Shown: piece after piece, positions 30,661 to 46,782 of the stretch
Layout: each line of letters begins with the position of its first letter
Position numbering within the stretch: the stretch's first letter is position 1
Assembly: GCA_964016885.1 (NCBI GenBank)
Contig: OZ024741.1
Coordinates: 200,632,001-200,696,000, forward strand
From: Eledone cirrhosa
Taxonomy: Eukaryota
Length of the DNA stretch: 64,000 nt
Direction of reading: 5' to 3'
Translations under genes and position numbers: made by a program
Notes under the pieces: model-generated
The model's database searches: none
The model's input: only the letters and a program-made list of their open reading frames with translations
Told to the model about the DNA's origin: nothing

Positions 30661-31916
30661 TGTCCCCCTTGCTTCTGCTGGACATCACCAGAGGGCGTTA
30701 GCCGCCCGCTGTTTGCATAGCTACGGCTTCCTAAAAGCGTATTTCTTTGGAGATACGAAATATATATATATATATATATATATATAAACATAATAGCATA
30801 AACCTCTATCGGTTCGGACGGGAATGTTGCACTTGTTTAATGAACGGAACAGCCAGCTCGTGAAATTAACGTGCAAATCGTTGAGCATTGCACATACACT
30901 CTTAAGATAGTTCTCGGGGAGATTCAGCGTGTCACACTGTAGAACAAAGCTGGTCATCTGAGTTACAGGCACAACTAACCTTTTCCAGATAAGTGGACTG
31001 GAGCAAAGTGAAATATTTATTGCTCAACGGCATAACTTTCACTAGGAATCGAACCCATGACACCTATGTTCGTGAGTGGAACACCTTACCACTACGCCAT
31101 GTGCCTTCCTTTGGAAGATACAGAAATACTTTGATAACTATAATTATCTAATGTACAGAAACTGAATTGAAATAGTCGTCAATCATATTACAAGGTTCAA
31201 ACTAAACTTACATTTCAAACATAGACACAAAGCTACTATTGTCTTGGGATAGAGTATCGGCGATTCCATCTATTGCTTGACTGGTAATATTTTCATCGTG
31301 GTGGACTTTGTCGGACGCACAAGCGATTTTACCAGTCCATCACCCTTACTTTCATTAAATATTACTTCTAAAACAAACCCAATGTTTGCAGAGAGGATTG
31401 GCTATTAATAAAATCCAGTCCGCCAATAAACACTCGTAAGAGAGAAGTGGATATGTAATTAACAGGCATACATGGCGTTATTCATTTGCCGAATATGCAA
31501 AAACAGTCTGTTTGTTAAAATTATGACTTAACTAATTATGTTTGAAATTGAATATTTTTCAGACTTTTATAATGTCTGAAGAATTTGAGACTTTGTTTAT
31601 TGTTAATTTTAATATTGTGAGTTAAGAAATGCTATCCATATTTTTTCCCTTCTGTATTTTCTTGTAACTATGAATAGATAGTCGTTTCATAAAAGATGCA
31701 ATTCTAACAGAAATGTATTTCAATCAGGAAAAAACTCTGGGATAAACAGCAATAGTGATATTCAGATAACGAGAGGCAAGCAACGGAAATAACTTATAGC
31801 TTTAGCTGATTCAAATTTTTGAATAATTTAAGACTATGCAGTGGAATCTGTAAGCCATCTTAGTGGATACAACGGACATGCTTCGAACTGATAAATCACT
31901 GTATATACGTACATCC

Positions 31917-31991
<75 letters not shown>

Positions 31992-32027
31992 ATTAATATA
32001 TATATATATATATATGAATGTATGTAT

Positions 32028-32375
32028 AGTATATTTGGTGATATACTGTATGTTTAATTAAAAACATTTTGAAGACATTTTGAAGACCATTTTGAGGCTG
32101 GATTCTTATATAATTCCAGTAATAATCAGGAACTGAATATACAGAGTGATTGCCGGTCCACCAAAAATTAGGATTGGTGCTCTGAAATAGCGATGTAAAT
32201 TTTAATTTTTGCGAGGACCGTCAATCGCTCTGTATAACCAGTTCCTGATTATTACAGCTTATCTCCTTTCCTTTGCTGAAAAAAGAAGTAAGTGACATAG
32301 TCACTACTTTAAAATAAAGGCGCAAGGTCCTCAAAATGTTTTTAATTAAAGACACAGTATATCACCAAATATACT
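32028..32375. mobile_element. Fold-back element related to the 60.5-61.1 kb family, lacking the HHR
   Basis: Outer IR 32028-32076/32327-32375, inner IR 32119-32158/32217-32255; both homologous to 60562-60840. Confidence 0.65.
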
Positions 32376-32801
32376 CACTCAGTGAGATATGGTATAAACT
32401 TTATCGAGCAATACCTGTTTCAGAGTGCTAACAAAGTGTATATTAGTAATATGGCGTTTGCACTCGTACGTCTGGGTTTCTGTCAGTGTACAAAGTTACA
32501 ATAAGTGCAATTTGCAACTTGCGGAAAACTGTGATACTGCGTTGGCTTCATCAGCAGGCAATGAATTATGGAGAGATAGATAGAGAGAGAGAGAGAAATG
32601 TGTTCAACCTCTGTGAATGTGAGAGAGAAATTACTGCTATGATGGAGTTGTCTGGAGCAGAGAGTGACGTGAGGCACTCTACGCTTTGTATTCCTTAGGA
32701 TTTTCTCCGTAAGCTATCGCCCGGAGTTTTAGTGTAAGAGACGGTTTTATTGAATTAGATTATAAAACGAATAAAACCGTCTCTCTCATTTATTATATAT
32801 A

Positions 32802-33270
32802 CTAGCAGAAAAACCACCTACTAGCATGTGTAGTGTGCATATTGATATTATACGCAAATATATATGCATGTAGATATATGTCAAATAAAATCGTAATTGA
32901 CAATATGCACAGAAATTGAAGAGAGACTGTGTTACACTCTCTTCTGCAATCAGTAAAATTTTAAAAAGACGATATTATATATAAACTGCATTACGGTGAA
33001 ATGTAATGAAACCTTATATAACGATGCAAATATATGGATGTTTATATAAGCGATGTAATAAGTGACGCTAACCGGAGGTGTAGACATTTGAACAAGCAAT
33101 CATTATATATAATAATATTTATGTTTAATTGACTGCTACGAAACTTAGTAGATAAATTATCTAATATTCATTCATTACTTATTGAAAGTAATCTAACTTA
33201 TTTTACTAACGTGATAAAAATATATATTCGGGACGTAGTCCCGCACTCCTCCCTTTATTATAGTTATGAT
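32802..33270 (-). mobile_element. Possible non-autonomous Helitron
   Basis: Minus strand begins ..atcataactataataaaggg and ends ctgctag|t, resembling Helitron termini. Confidence 0.35.
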
Positions 33271-33337
33271 ATAAATATATATATATATATTGGTAGAACA
33301 CTCAGTCCATGGGACGAGTTTGGCAGAAAGTAATTGC

Positions 33338-33464
33338 ACAACAGTTAATAAACCATTTTCGAGGACACGTGTTTCACCTTGAGGATCTTCAAATTCGACT
33401 CGAGTCTGAAGATCCGCAAGGTGAAACATGTACTTGTCCTCGAAAATGGTTTATTAACTGTTGT
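33338..33464. repeat. Fold-back palindrome with back-to-back hammerhead cores
   Basis: Arms acaacagttaataaaccattttcgaggaca.. / ..tgtcctcgaaaatggtttattaactgttgt; plus-strand core CTGAAGA(33406)-tccgcaaggt-GAAA-CATG-TA. Confidence 0.75.
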
Positions 33465-33484
33465 AGAAATAACTTTATATATGT

Positions 33485-33702
33485 ATAGGAACGATCGACG
33501 TTCGTCAAATCGGACCGAGGGAACAATGTTTCCGTTGGTCTTTCCAATTGCTAATACTATCTATCGGTCGCAACTCCAGGTAGAAGGAACAACGTGAAAT
33601 AAAGTGTCTTGCTCAAGGACACAACGCGTCGCCTGGTCCAGGAATCGAACTCACAACCTTACGATTGCGAATCCAATTCTCTAACCACTCATCCACACGC
33701 CT
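33485..33702 (-). mobile_element. tRNA-derived SINE family B (CORE/V-like domain)
   Basis: Minus strand: gagtggttagag A-box, gagttcgattcc B-box, gtgtccttgagcaagacacttt; near-identical copy at 63603-63815. Confidence 0.85.
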
Positions 33703-33724
33703 TCACATACATATATATATATAT

Positions 33725-36909
<3,185 letters not shown>

Positions 36910-36952
36910 GAGTTAAGAATAACGTGGTCTGTTGTAGAATAGGGTTTATTCA

Positions 36953-37065
36953 CACTATTAACAATTGTTTCATTAGTCCGGTGTGTCTAAAAAACGCTGG
37001 TCGCCAGAAGCTACGTCACTCGATTTTAATTACTGTCGATACCCGACCAAATCATCAGAATACTG
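36953..37065 (-). ncRNA. Type I hammerhead ribozyme with ~80-nt stem II
   Basis: Minus strand: cagtatt-CTGATGA-tttggtcggg...ccggactaat-GAAA-CAATTG-TT-aatagtg. Confidence 0.75.
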
Positions 37066-37295
37066 ATCTATATACATGATACCTAGGAACTTTCTTAAAT
37101 CGGCCACCCGACTAAGGGAACTTATTGTTGTGTCAAGTAACGCCGAACGTTAAAACCATCCTCGATACAGAATACTTATAATCTCTACTTGGATTACTTT
37201 AAACGATATCTTGTTAATTTAATATATATATAAAAGAAGATTCCGTTAAGGGAGAAAGCAGCGATTCTTTGCTTAAACTTTAATCTGTTATTTTA

Positions 37296-37371
<76 letters not shown>

Positions 37372-38326
37372 CACGTCTACGAAGCGCGAAGTAAGATTGT
37401 AAAGCACATGTTATCTAAAAAAAGAGTTGAGAATATATCGGAAGTATAAACCCCGAAGTAGAGAAAATGGATAATCACGTGTGGGACTAGAACCTCACAT
37501 TTACCTATATAGTAGAAAGCTGTATTATCATTAAACTAAAGTGACTAGCCACTCGTTTATTTTATAGGCAGTAGAAATTTAAAATCGTTATTGTATAAAA
37601 CCTTTTCAAGCCTTTGTCATAACATCATAAACTGTGTTTTTGTTCTCTTCGAATACGTATAAAGTCATTAATAATGATTTCACAGTCCTTTTGAAGTCTT
37701 ATCGTTAATCGTATTTATCTAAAGGTTTTATAGAATTAATTATATCATTTACGACAGCAAAGTCGTTGGAAACAATAACGGCGGTGATAAATCTTCGAAA
37801 TATATTGACTTCGTCGTAAGCAGTCAACTCAAGTAAAAAGCAGTGGGAGAAGCGTTCAAGAGGAACACTTAAACTGTTTATATTAATCTCGAATACAAAT
37901 TTAAATAAAAGCAACGAAGGTACTGCAAGAAATTCACGTACAGCTTATGTTATTTGCTATTGAGTTGTGATAGTAAACTAAACAATATTAAAGCATAAAG
38001 ACAATATCCCTATTACTTGAGAACCACACAACCGTTATTAAAAGTACAGAAACATAAAACCGCGAGCAGATAGATTTTGGGTTAAAATGATAAATATAAA
38101 CTGAATCAACTAAAACGTTCTACCGTAAGATAAGTATTACTTGCTAGTAAAAATTCAATTAAACTTTCAAAAATTGTTTGAAGAGATTGAAGCAAGTGAA
38201 TCTTTTTTTTTATTTGTTTTTGCAAATTACACTTTTTCTTACAAGAATCTAACTTGTAGCAATCCGCACTCATACAGTTGTTCCATGGTATATACCTCTG
38301 CAAGAAAGATGTACAACTATTCTATG

Positions 38327-38425
<99 letters not shown>

Positions 38426-38527
38426 ACACACACACATGCACATACACACACACAATGTTGAATTTTGAGATAAATGTTAACTCCCGATGATATCAGTATA
38501 AGTTTGAAAAGGAGAAATCAGTGTTGA

Positions 38528-39520
38528 TCTTCTTCTTCTTCTTCTTCTTCTTCTTCTTGTTTCTGGGAATGTCGAGGGGACACACCTCTCAAGAAGTCAT
38601 ATAAGAAGCAGCCGTTTAGATGGATGTTATCCAACTATCTTGCTTGTAGTCCATCACTAGGTCTCCTGCCGGTTGGTTTTCCCGTAAAATCTGTCCAGTG
38701 GTTTTTTCCTTTGACATTCTAACCACATATCCGAAATATCGGAGCCATGTTTTCTCAATTTAGAGAAGTAGTGGCTCTAACAAGAACGACTCTCTGACCT
38801 CCGAGCTACGCACCCTATAGAGTAACGCTATTCCAAAAATCCTTCGAAGGAGCCCCATTGCAGCTGCTAGTATTCTGATCGCAAGATTCATGAACATATA
38901 GTAAGGCTTGGCACGAACACCGAAATGAAGCTGGTGAGTTTGGCTTTTGCACCCACCTCTCTTCTGATGGTCGAATGCTGAATCTGGTGCAATACTGTAA
39001 CAGGTCCAGCAATTCTTGCATTTAATTCAACCTCCTGCCTACCATCACTCTTTCACTGCTGCGACATTTCTCCCCTGCTTGTACCGCGAGTTCAAGGAGG
39101 AAGACATATTTCTAAGCCAAGCTTTATATGTCCCCTTCTTTGCTCGGATGGTATATTTAATCACCCGATTGAACCAGGGGTTCCGCATGCCACCCTGCAC
39201 TACACTGAGCTGCTTTCGCTCGCAGCATTTAACAGCTGAAACAAAAATTGCCCAGCTGAACAGTCACCACTGCGTTTCAACGTCCTTATTTTTTTCAGGG
39301 TGTTCCATGAATTTGGATGCAATTGTATTCGCATACCTAGTTCTGACCTCATCAACCAGTTCTTCCCCATTTATCCTGTAGGTTGAGCTGTTTTTTTTTT
39401 CTTTTGGCTTTTTTGACTTTAAGTAGGCACGGATTGCAAATAACTAGATAATATCTCTACATTTCTTTGTCAGACATTTGGCATAGATTTTACTGTGGAG
39501 CTTAACATGGAGATAACACT
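38528..39520 (-). mobile_element. Decayed RTE-like LINE
   Basis: EPLLL.IEKTWLRYFGYVVRM..KPTGRRP; (GAA)n tail. Confidence 0.65.
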
Positions 39521-40087
39521 TTTTTTCGGCATTTGATAGAGATTGGAATATATCTTTCAAACAGAGCCGAATGCATCCCTTGTTACCCGACGTGAAAGAC
39601 GATGTAGTATGATTGCTTTTATTAAATCTGACTATACTGCAGTTTTTGAATCTGACTATACTGCGCCAGTCTTATTCGCGCCAGTCCCCAATTTGGAAAA
39701 AGACTAAACTTTTTCAACGGCAGCCTAGCCTTTACTATCCCCGTGGTAACTACATCGCTGGGTTGTGAGAGTTTTCTTGAGAGATAACAGAGTCACTCAT
39801 TGGTCCATCTCCTCTAGTAGCTTACCACTGTTCAGTCAAGGATGCTTATTCGTCAGTCAGGAGCCCACTTATATTACAACCAAACATCATACTTGATTGT
39901 CGTATCCCCATCCATCACCTGCGTCCCATTCGTTAGCAGAGCAGGGTTGGGCTGAAAATTCTGTTCGAAATAAATTCTCGATAGATTGACTCTAATTAAT
40001 ATACATTGAGTACTCATCAAAACGTAGTTATTTCTTTTTCACAGTCATACGTATGGCAAGCATACATGTATGTATGTATGTATGTAT

Positions 40088-40405
40088 GTTTTCTCTTTCT
40101 CTTAATTTCGAGTATATTTTTTTGACCGGCCACCTTCCTGGTGGCAAGGTTGTAAAAGAAAAGAAATTGTCATCCCTTGAATCGCAAGAATGTTTTGCAT
40201 ATTTTGAAGGTGCCAGCTATCGCAGCCATTTGTAGACTATGAATTAGGGAGCTGCGCTTTTTGTCCGCAAATCCAAGTTCGGTCATACTTTGGTCCAAGC
40301 GGGTTGGTATATAACCCGTAGCACCAATAATGATGGGTATGAAGCTAAAGGTGTATCTTGGATACTGGATTTGTAAGCTCCTCATCAATGGTCCGTAGAT
40401 GTCCT
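40088..40405 (-). mobile_element. R4/Dong-like LINE 3' fragment, same family as 1583-2341
   Basis: MRSLQIQYPRYTFSFIPIIIGATGYIPTRL..KICKTFLRF; (TATG)n on both sides. Confidence 0.8.
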
Positions 40406-41096
40406 ATGTATGTATGTATGTATGTATGTATGTATGTATGTATGTATGTATGTATGTCAGGTCGTTCTCGAGGGTTATTTGTAATATGCAACCCAGTACA
40501 ACCTGTCTCATGGTCGGGTCGTCGGCGACTAAACCGGCAACCCCACCAAGCTTGCTTGGTGAGGAGTGGGATATTTGGACACCCTGCTGGATGAAATACA
40601 AGACCCGGCGAAGGGTGGAGGAACTTAGCAGTGTCAACGGCCATCCAAATAGTACTTTTTTTTTCACCTGGGAGTGAAAGGCCCCCAGTTGTTGTCACAA
40701 CACCTTTCTAAGAGAGGGAAACTCTGAAAAAAAAAAAACCTGCGGCTTTGGAAGCATCCGATGATGTTGACCAATTCTCTTTTTCAGGTAGTGTTTTCGA
40801 TGCCCAGAGACTGGGATTGGTCGAGTGCAAGGCCTTTACCCACTTAAAAAAACCCTTCAAAGCACAGGCATTGCTTGTTCAGGTTATGGTATAGGTTCGT
40901 GTGGCTGGCCGTAGCCTAAAAGTACACAATTTTCTGTAATCTGACAAGCGATTGCAATACTGCTAGCAGAGTTTGCAGCCATCATGTATGTACGTACGTA
41001 CGTATGTATACCTATTATCGTTCTGACAAAATTTCATTTGACCTTCATTTTAACCAATCAGAAAATAATGGTTTATGAAGCCTAGTTGTGACTGTA

Positions 41097-41183
<87 letters not shown>

Positions 41184-43108
41184 GCGGTGCCCCAGCATGG
41201 TCTCAGCCGAAGGGCTGGAACAAGTAAAAGAGTGTGTGTGTATATATAGATATATAAGTGTGTGTGTGTGTATGTGTGTGTGTGCATGTGTTTGTGTGTT
41301 TGTATATATATATATACTTACGGTAAACATGTTGACTAAACGGGGTGGCGTATGCAACGCACCAATCAGTAAATAATGATGCAATTCGCATCAAGCACTC
41401 AACGTGAAGTTTTTTCTTCCAAATATGATTTGTCAGTCAATGACGGAGTATATGTAGAGTAAGGAAAATGCAAAGTTTGGTGTAGATGTTAAAGAGTCCT
41501 TTATTAACAAAGCTGTGATACATATTTCAAAGGTGATTGTGGCTATGTGATTGTTCAATCATATAACCAGTCACGTGATATCATCAGGCAGCATCTTTAT
41601 GTAATAAGGTTGCGTTTCGGAGGCAATCCAATCTAAAGACAAGGGAACGAACAGAAACGAAGTTTTCATAGCCGGAGTCCGTTCTCTTGTAAGTGAACTC
41701 TTTAACCATACAACCATGCTTGCGTTTATATATGTAAAGAATGGTACGCTACTGTGCGAATATACTATAAAATAGCTTATAAAATAAGGTGAAGACCATT
41801 AAATACGGAAAAGGAAGTTGCCATTGGACGCTACGAGGAATGAGATTTCCCAAAAGATCATTCGTGCTGCATTCTCACTGTAATGGGAAAAAAAACTAGT
41901 ACATAGTTAGTAATCATGCTGTTTTAAAGAAGAAAATATCTGCAATAATGTTTCTTCGGTATAAAAGTCTTTTCGTGGTGTTAGAAGATTGTTCAAATGT
42001 TATACTGACATACTATTAGTTTCGAGTTGCATCTAAATTGAATGGGGAAAGTAGAGTTTAGTGTAGTCTATTTTGATACCTTATCAACAAATCGTTTCTC
42101 ATTTATTCAAATTGTATGATGATGATTTTATTGCTCTCTCTGCATAGTCAACACCTTCCATTCATTTTTTAACATTCAGTAGGAATATCAATTACGAAAA
42201 TATTGTAAACAGAAAAAAGGTTTTTCTGGTTTTGCTACTTGAAAGTAGCAACTCAAAAAGAATTTGCTGTAAAAAATACACTCTATTTAATAAATCTCTA
42301 TAAAATGCTGAACGTTTAACAAATCCCTTTCATATAATATAATATAATTATCCCTGTATCAAGGTTTAAAGAGGCTGAACAGTCACATCTGAATTAAATA
42401 AATTTATGCCTATATTACTCTCTACTGTTATATAAACTGGATGATTTTGACACTACTGCTTATAAAATAGTTACAACCACAATGAAGAAGTCTATAACCA
42501 AATTATATTTAAACAGACATTTGGAAAAATAAGTTTTTTCCCTAAGCAGTGGCAGTCAGTAGACGGATTAGGTGGCTCCCATTTATTTCTCTCGAGTGCT
42601 TCCCACAGTCTCGTAGAATGGAAACGTAGAAACTCTATAATGCAGGTAAACCAACGTGCATTAATTTATCTGTTATGCTTTATTTATTGGTCAACAAGTT
42701 GTGTATTATTTAAGCTAGAATAAATAGTCACGAAAGAAAATGTTTGAATGAAGAAGATAGTTAATGAAAAACATGATCATGAGTGAATAAGAGGCGAATT
42801 AATTAAGACAAAACCCAACAGTTGCGATAACGTAAATTTAGGCATGTTTGGGATTCAGCAAATTTGTCTTAATCTCTTCCAGTATAATAAAATATATATC
42901 AGCAAATTTATTACTAATTATATCTTTTCTACATTGACTACGGCTGATGAAGATAGCTTGTTTTAAACCATAAACTAACAGTATTTTCCCTAAAACAAAA
43001 TGATGATAGGAACTAAATTGGGCCAGAGACTGCTTGTTAAATTCTTATACTATCCATTTATAATTTAACATTTCTTGCATTCATTTACTACTATTAATAT
43101 GTTATATA

Positions 43109-43294
43109 GGGCGGGGATTGGTAGTATCGGTAGAGGGTCCGACGCCATGCTTTGACGCATAGAGTTACGGCCCTTGCCATTCTGAGTTCAAATCCCGCCG
43201 AGGTTAACTTTGCCTTTCATCCTTACGGGGTCGATAAAATAAAGTACCAGTAATGAACTGGGTAACTGCTGGCCTTGTGCTAAAAGTAGAAACA
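43109..43294 (+). mobile_element. SINE family A
   Basis: Consensus match; TSD attaatatgttatata (43093-43108 and 43295-43310). Confidence 0.9.
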
Positions 43295-44349
43295 ATTAAT
43301 ATGTTATATATCTAAATATTGGCGATAGTGTAGCATGGAACAGTATCTGTATTGGCCACTTAATATCTACTTACATTGACACAAGCACTAAAAATATAAT
43401 TTCTATGCAAAATTTGGTGTAGAAGAGAAATAGTTAAAATTTAATATTATCACAGCTAGAGACCATAAAATGAAATGGTTTATAGTAATGTAAATTGTTT
43501 GGGAACACGAGAAGAGCCAGAACGTTATTTGCATATACGTGCAAGAAGGCAGACAAGTACATAAGTAGAAATTATAGATATAGTTTTTGCCATGTCAGCT
43601 TACACCCAATAAAACAAATGGCTGGAAGTAAATAACAAACTTAAATAGAAATAGGAAAACTATACTTGATTCCCTTGCTCAGATTTATATTCCTTTGTCA
43701 TGTAAATGTTCATTATGATGGACGACGTTATATAAATTCTTTATAGTCTCTTTGTAAAATTCTAAGTCCACAAAAACATTTCTTTATATTCTGACATGTG
43801 AGTGTTAAAACATCTTATTACAATGTTAAGCTCATACTTTGACTTTGCCAAAATGTGACCCAGACTCTGAAATCTGAAACCGTCCGTGAATCTGAAAATA
43901 TAATCTTTCCTAAATCTTTCTAACATAACAATTTCTAAGCAGTTCTCATTTATCGAATCACCAGCATGTTGTGATAGACCAAATATTCTATCGTTAAGCC
44001 TGGTAGCTTTTCTAGTAGCGATTGTTTTATTATTTAACATACTCATCCCTTCGAAATCTAAATTCACAATCTAACCATAAACCAAATAGCATTGTAAGAG
44101 AACCATACAGTTTGAATCATGATATGTATATTCTTATTTTCAACCACCATAAAAATCCCCTTCGGTAATGAATGACTATAGGATTTGCACATATAAAGTT
44201 TTCCCCAGGGCAAGGTTATTTGTGGAAAACCAGCAGTTACCCATGGTTCCAGTCTTCCCTCTAATATAGAATCGAACAGAAATTTCACAACCTCGCGGTT
44301 GTAAGCCCAGAGCTCTAACCACTAAGCCACTAAGCGGGATCAGAAGAGG

Positions 44350-44627
44350 CGGGGGGGGGGGGGAAGAGAATTGAGAGAAAGGAGTCGAGCTGTTCTCGGG
44401 TGAGTGAGGTGGTGCAGATGCAGTCGTTAATGTAACGGCCGTATAGCTCGAGGATGGAACCGATGTATTGGGCAAAGATTTGGGTCTTAACGTGGCCGAC
44501 GAATAGGTTGGTGGAGTTAGGGCCCATTCTTATGCCCATGGCTACCCCGGTAACATTTTGATAGAACTCATCCGAGAAGGAGAAGCAGTTGAGGATGAGG
44601 ACCAGCTCGGCGAGGCAGATGAGGGTA
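44350..44627 (-). mobile_element. Neptune PLE RT fragment (same family as 33.7 kb)
   Basis: AELVLILNCFSF..GVAMGIRMGPNSTNLFVGHV..RYINDC; a tRNA-like SINE head is adjacent at ~44268-44338. Confidence 0.85.
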
Positions 44628-44635
44628 CATATATC

Positions 44636-45415
44636 ATCATTATCATTATTGGCAACTCAGTCTCAGAAGACCATGCTTAATGCACTTGGAGTTATGCCTA
44701 GTCACTGGCACCATCTGCTGTGACGGTGCAAACCGATGCGTGAGTCCTTGTTGCACTTGATGCAGATACATGTGGAATCTTGGGTTGTTGTAATGTCCCA
44801 ATTTTCAGCCGCAAGTTAACCATTCTTCACATCTGCATCTGCGTTGCCCCTGCGGACGGTTTGGCGCCAGTTATCACAGTCTCCAGCCTGCATCTCCCAA
44901 CTGGAAGAAGGGACGTTGCAGGCTTTCATGTCTATCTTACATGCGTCCCTGAAACGGAGAGATAGGCGACCAAATCGCCCCTGGGGCCGGTGGCCAGCTG
45001 TCCGTACAGGACGTCTTTTAACAACTTCCCATTCTCCATATGCCGAATATATCCTAGCCAATGAAGATGGTGATGGCTCAGCAGGGAATATATGCTGGGG
45101 AATCTTGGCACGTTGTAGGATGTTGTATGGTCCTGTCACCTGACTCTGAGGATACGTTTGAGACACCGCATGTGGAAGGCTTTGAGCCAGCCTTCTTGCC
45201 TCATGTAGGTACTCCAGATTTCACTTACGTAGAGAAAAATGCTAAGAACACAGGCCTGGTAGACTCGGATCTTGGTGTGTTCTGTCAGTGCCTTATTCTC
45301 CCACAACGTCTTAGTCAGTTTAGCCATGATGGTGTTTGACTTCCCAAGCCACCTATCAAGTTCAACGTCAAGTGAAAGTGTGTTGCTGATTGTAGACCTC
45401 GGGTAGGTGATGTTG
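44636..45415 (-). mobile_element. RTE (BovB-like) LINE 3' fragment
   Basis: MAKLTKTLWENKALTEHTKIRVYQACVLSIFLY..FHMRCLKRIL..GHRPQGR..LRFRDACK; (TGA)-type tail. Confidence 0.8.
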
Positions 45416-46234
45416 ATTTTTGTAGTAGGCTTTCATCATATGGGGTTTTGTTGAACATTCAAATTAGCTAGAGTCATATATATTGGTTGAACAATGTAAA
45501 CAAAAGGTGAAGTTTAATTTTTAATTAGCTCATTGTTTTACGGTTGATTGATCATGATAAATCGACACAGTGACTAATCGATAGTGGTTATGTAATGCTA
45601 TATTATTAGACTCAATACTATAGATCAATTACACCGTCTTCGTTGAAGAGTGTTGCTGTTGTTCAATCAACAATACAGCCTGCTCGTAAAATGATCGTGC
45701 ATGTGGCTGAATATTCCATACACACGTTAACAGTTAGTCTAATTCTTAGGGGGATTCATCGTGATATACAAAGGTAGCCATATGAATTACAGTTATAATC
45801 CATTCGATCACATCCATGAGCCCATTCAGGACCTCCGTAACTCGTGGAAGGAACGAAGGAATTTATCTTCAAACCAGAGAGCTGATTCAAATGCTTACAG
45901 CAGTATGACCTCAGTTAAAATCACTTAAAGGGTTAGGAATGGTATGACGCAGAGCAACAGATTAAGTCTTGGACTCAACACTGAAAGCTATCGAAAAATT
46001 TCATCATTATATAATGAACCCTTCAACAATTTGGGACATAAGCTCAGTTCTTCGCTTGGTAGTCGCTCTTCCCATAAACTAATGGACTCCCATACAGGAA
46101 AAGAGTGTCAACAAAAGTAAAGAAAATTGTACACGCAATTTTCAGTGAGTCGTTTCTCTCAGTCTGAAAAGCATAATTCTAGATGATGGGGATAATAATG
46201 TGATAACGGAAACACATCAACAAAAAACTGCATA

Positions 46235-46782
46235 TGAGGGCGCTTTAAAAAGTTCGTGAAAACAGTGCATAGCTAAAAATCATATGTAGGGCTTTTGATC
46301 TCAATGCAGATGTACGTTCTCGTTTTAACGTGTCATAACATGTTCGAACATGAACCCTTAAATGCATGTTGCAACACAGTGCCGCCAGTCAGAAGTCAGC
46401 ACCCGCTCAAACAACATGGTCTCCATCAACACATCAAATTCATGGTGAAGCTAGGGTGGAAGAACAGATAAATCATTGACGCTCTGAAGCACGTTTATGG
46501 GGACAATGCCTCGAAGAAACAGCAACCTACAAACAGATAAGGCGTTTTAGGAGTGGAAGAGATGGGGTTGAAGATGATCCCCAGTTGAAGATGTAAAGAA
46601 AAACTGCTTTGACATGGTTTAAATTGCATGGGCCTTAGTTTTACACAGATGAACTTAAAGGCCGGTATTAATGCTTGCAGAAGTGTATTGACCTAGTTGG
46701 AGCATATGTGGAAAATAACATCATAACTTAAACCATTGTTTTCCAACTATCCTTTTTCCACAACATTTTTGAAGCACACTCG
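46235..46782 (+). mobile_element. Internally deleted mariner element
   Basis: TA-flanked TIRs tgagggcgctttaaaaagtt / atttttgaagcacactcg; IKFMVKLGWKN..IIDALKHVYGDNA..RFRSGRDGVEDDP. Confidence 0.8.

Noticed and set aside
41800-44290. Minus-strand hydrophobic reading stretches, including KWEPPNPSTDCHC (faintly ABCA-like)
   Set aside because: Many stops, motif order inconsistent with ABCA proteins, no supportable gene model
44268-44338. tRNA gene
   Set aside because: Has A/B-box-like motifs but no complete cloverleaf; more likely a SINE head
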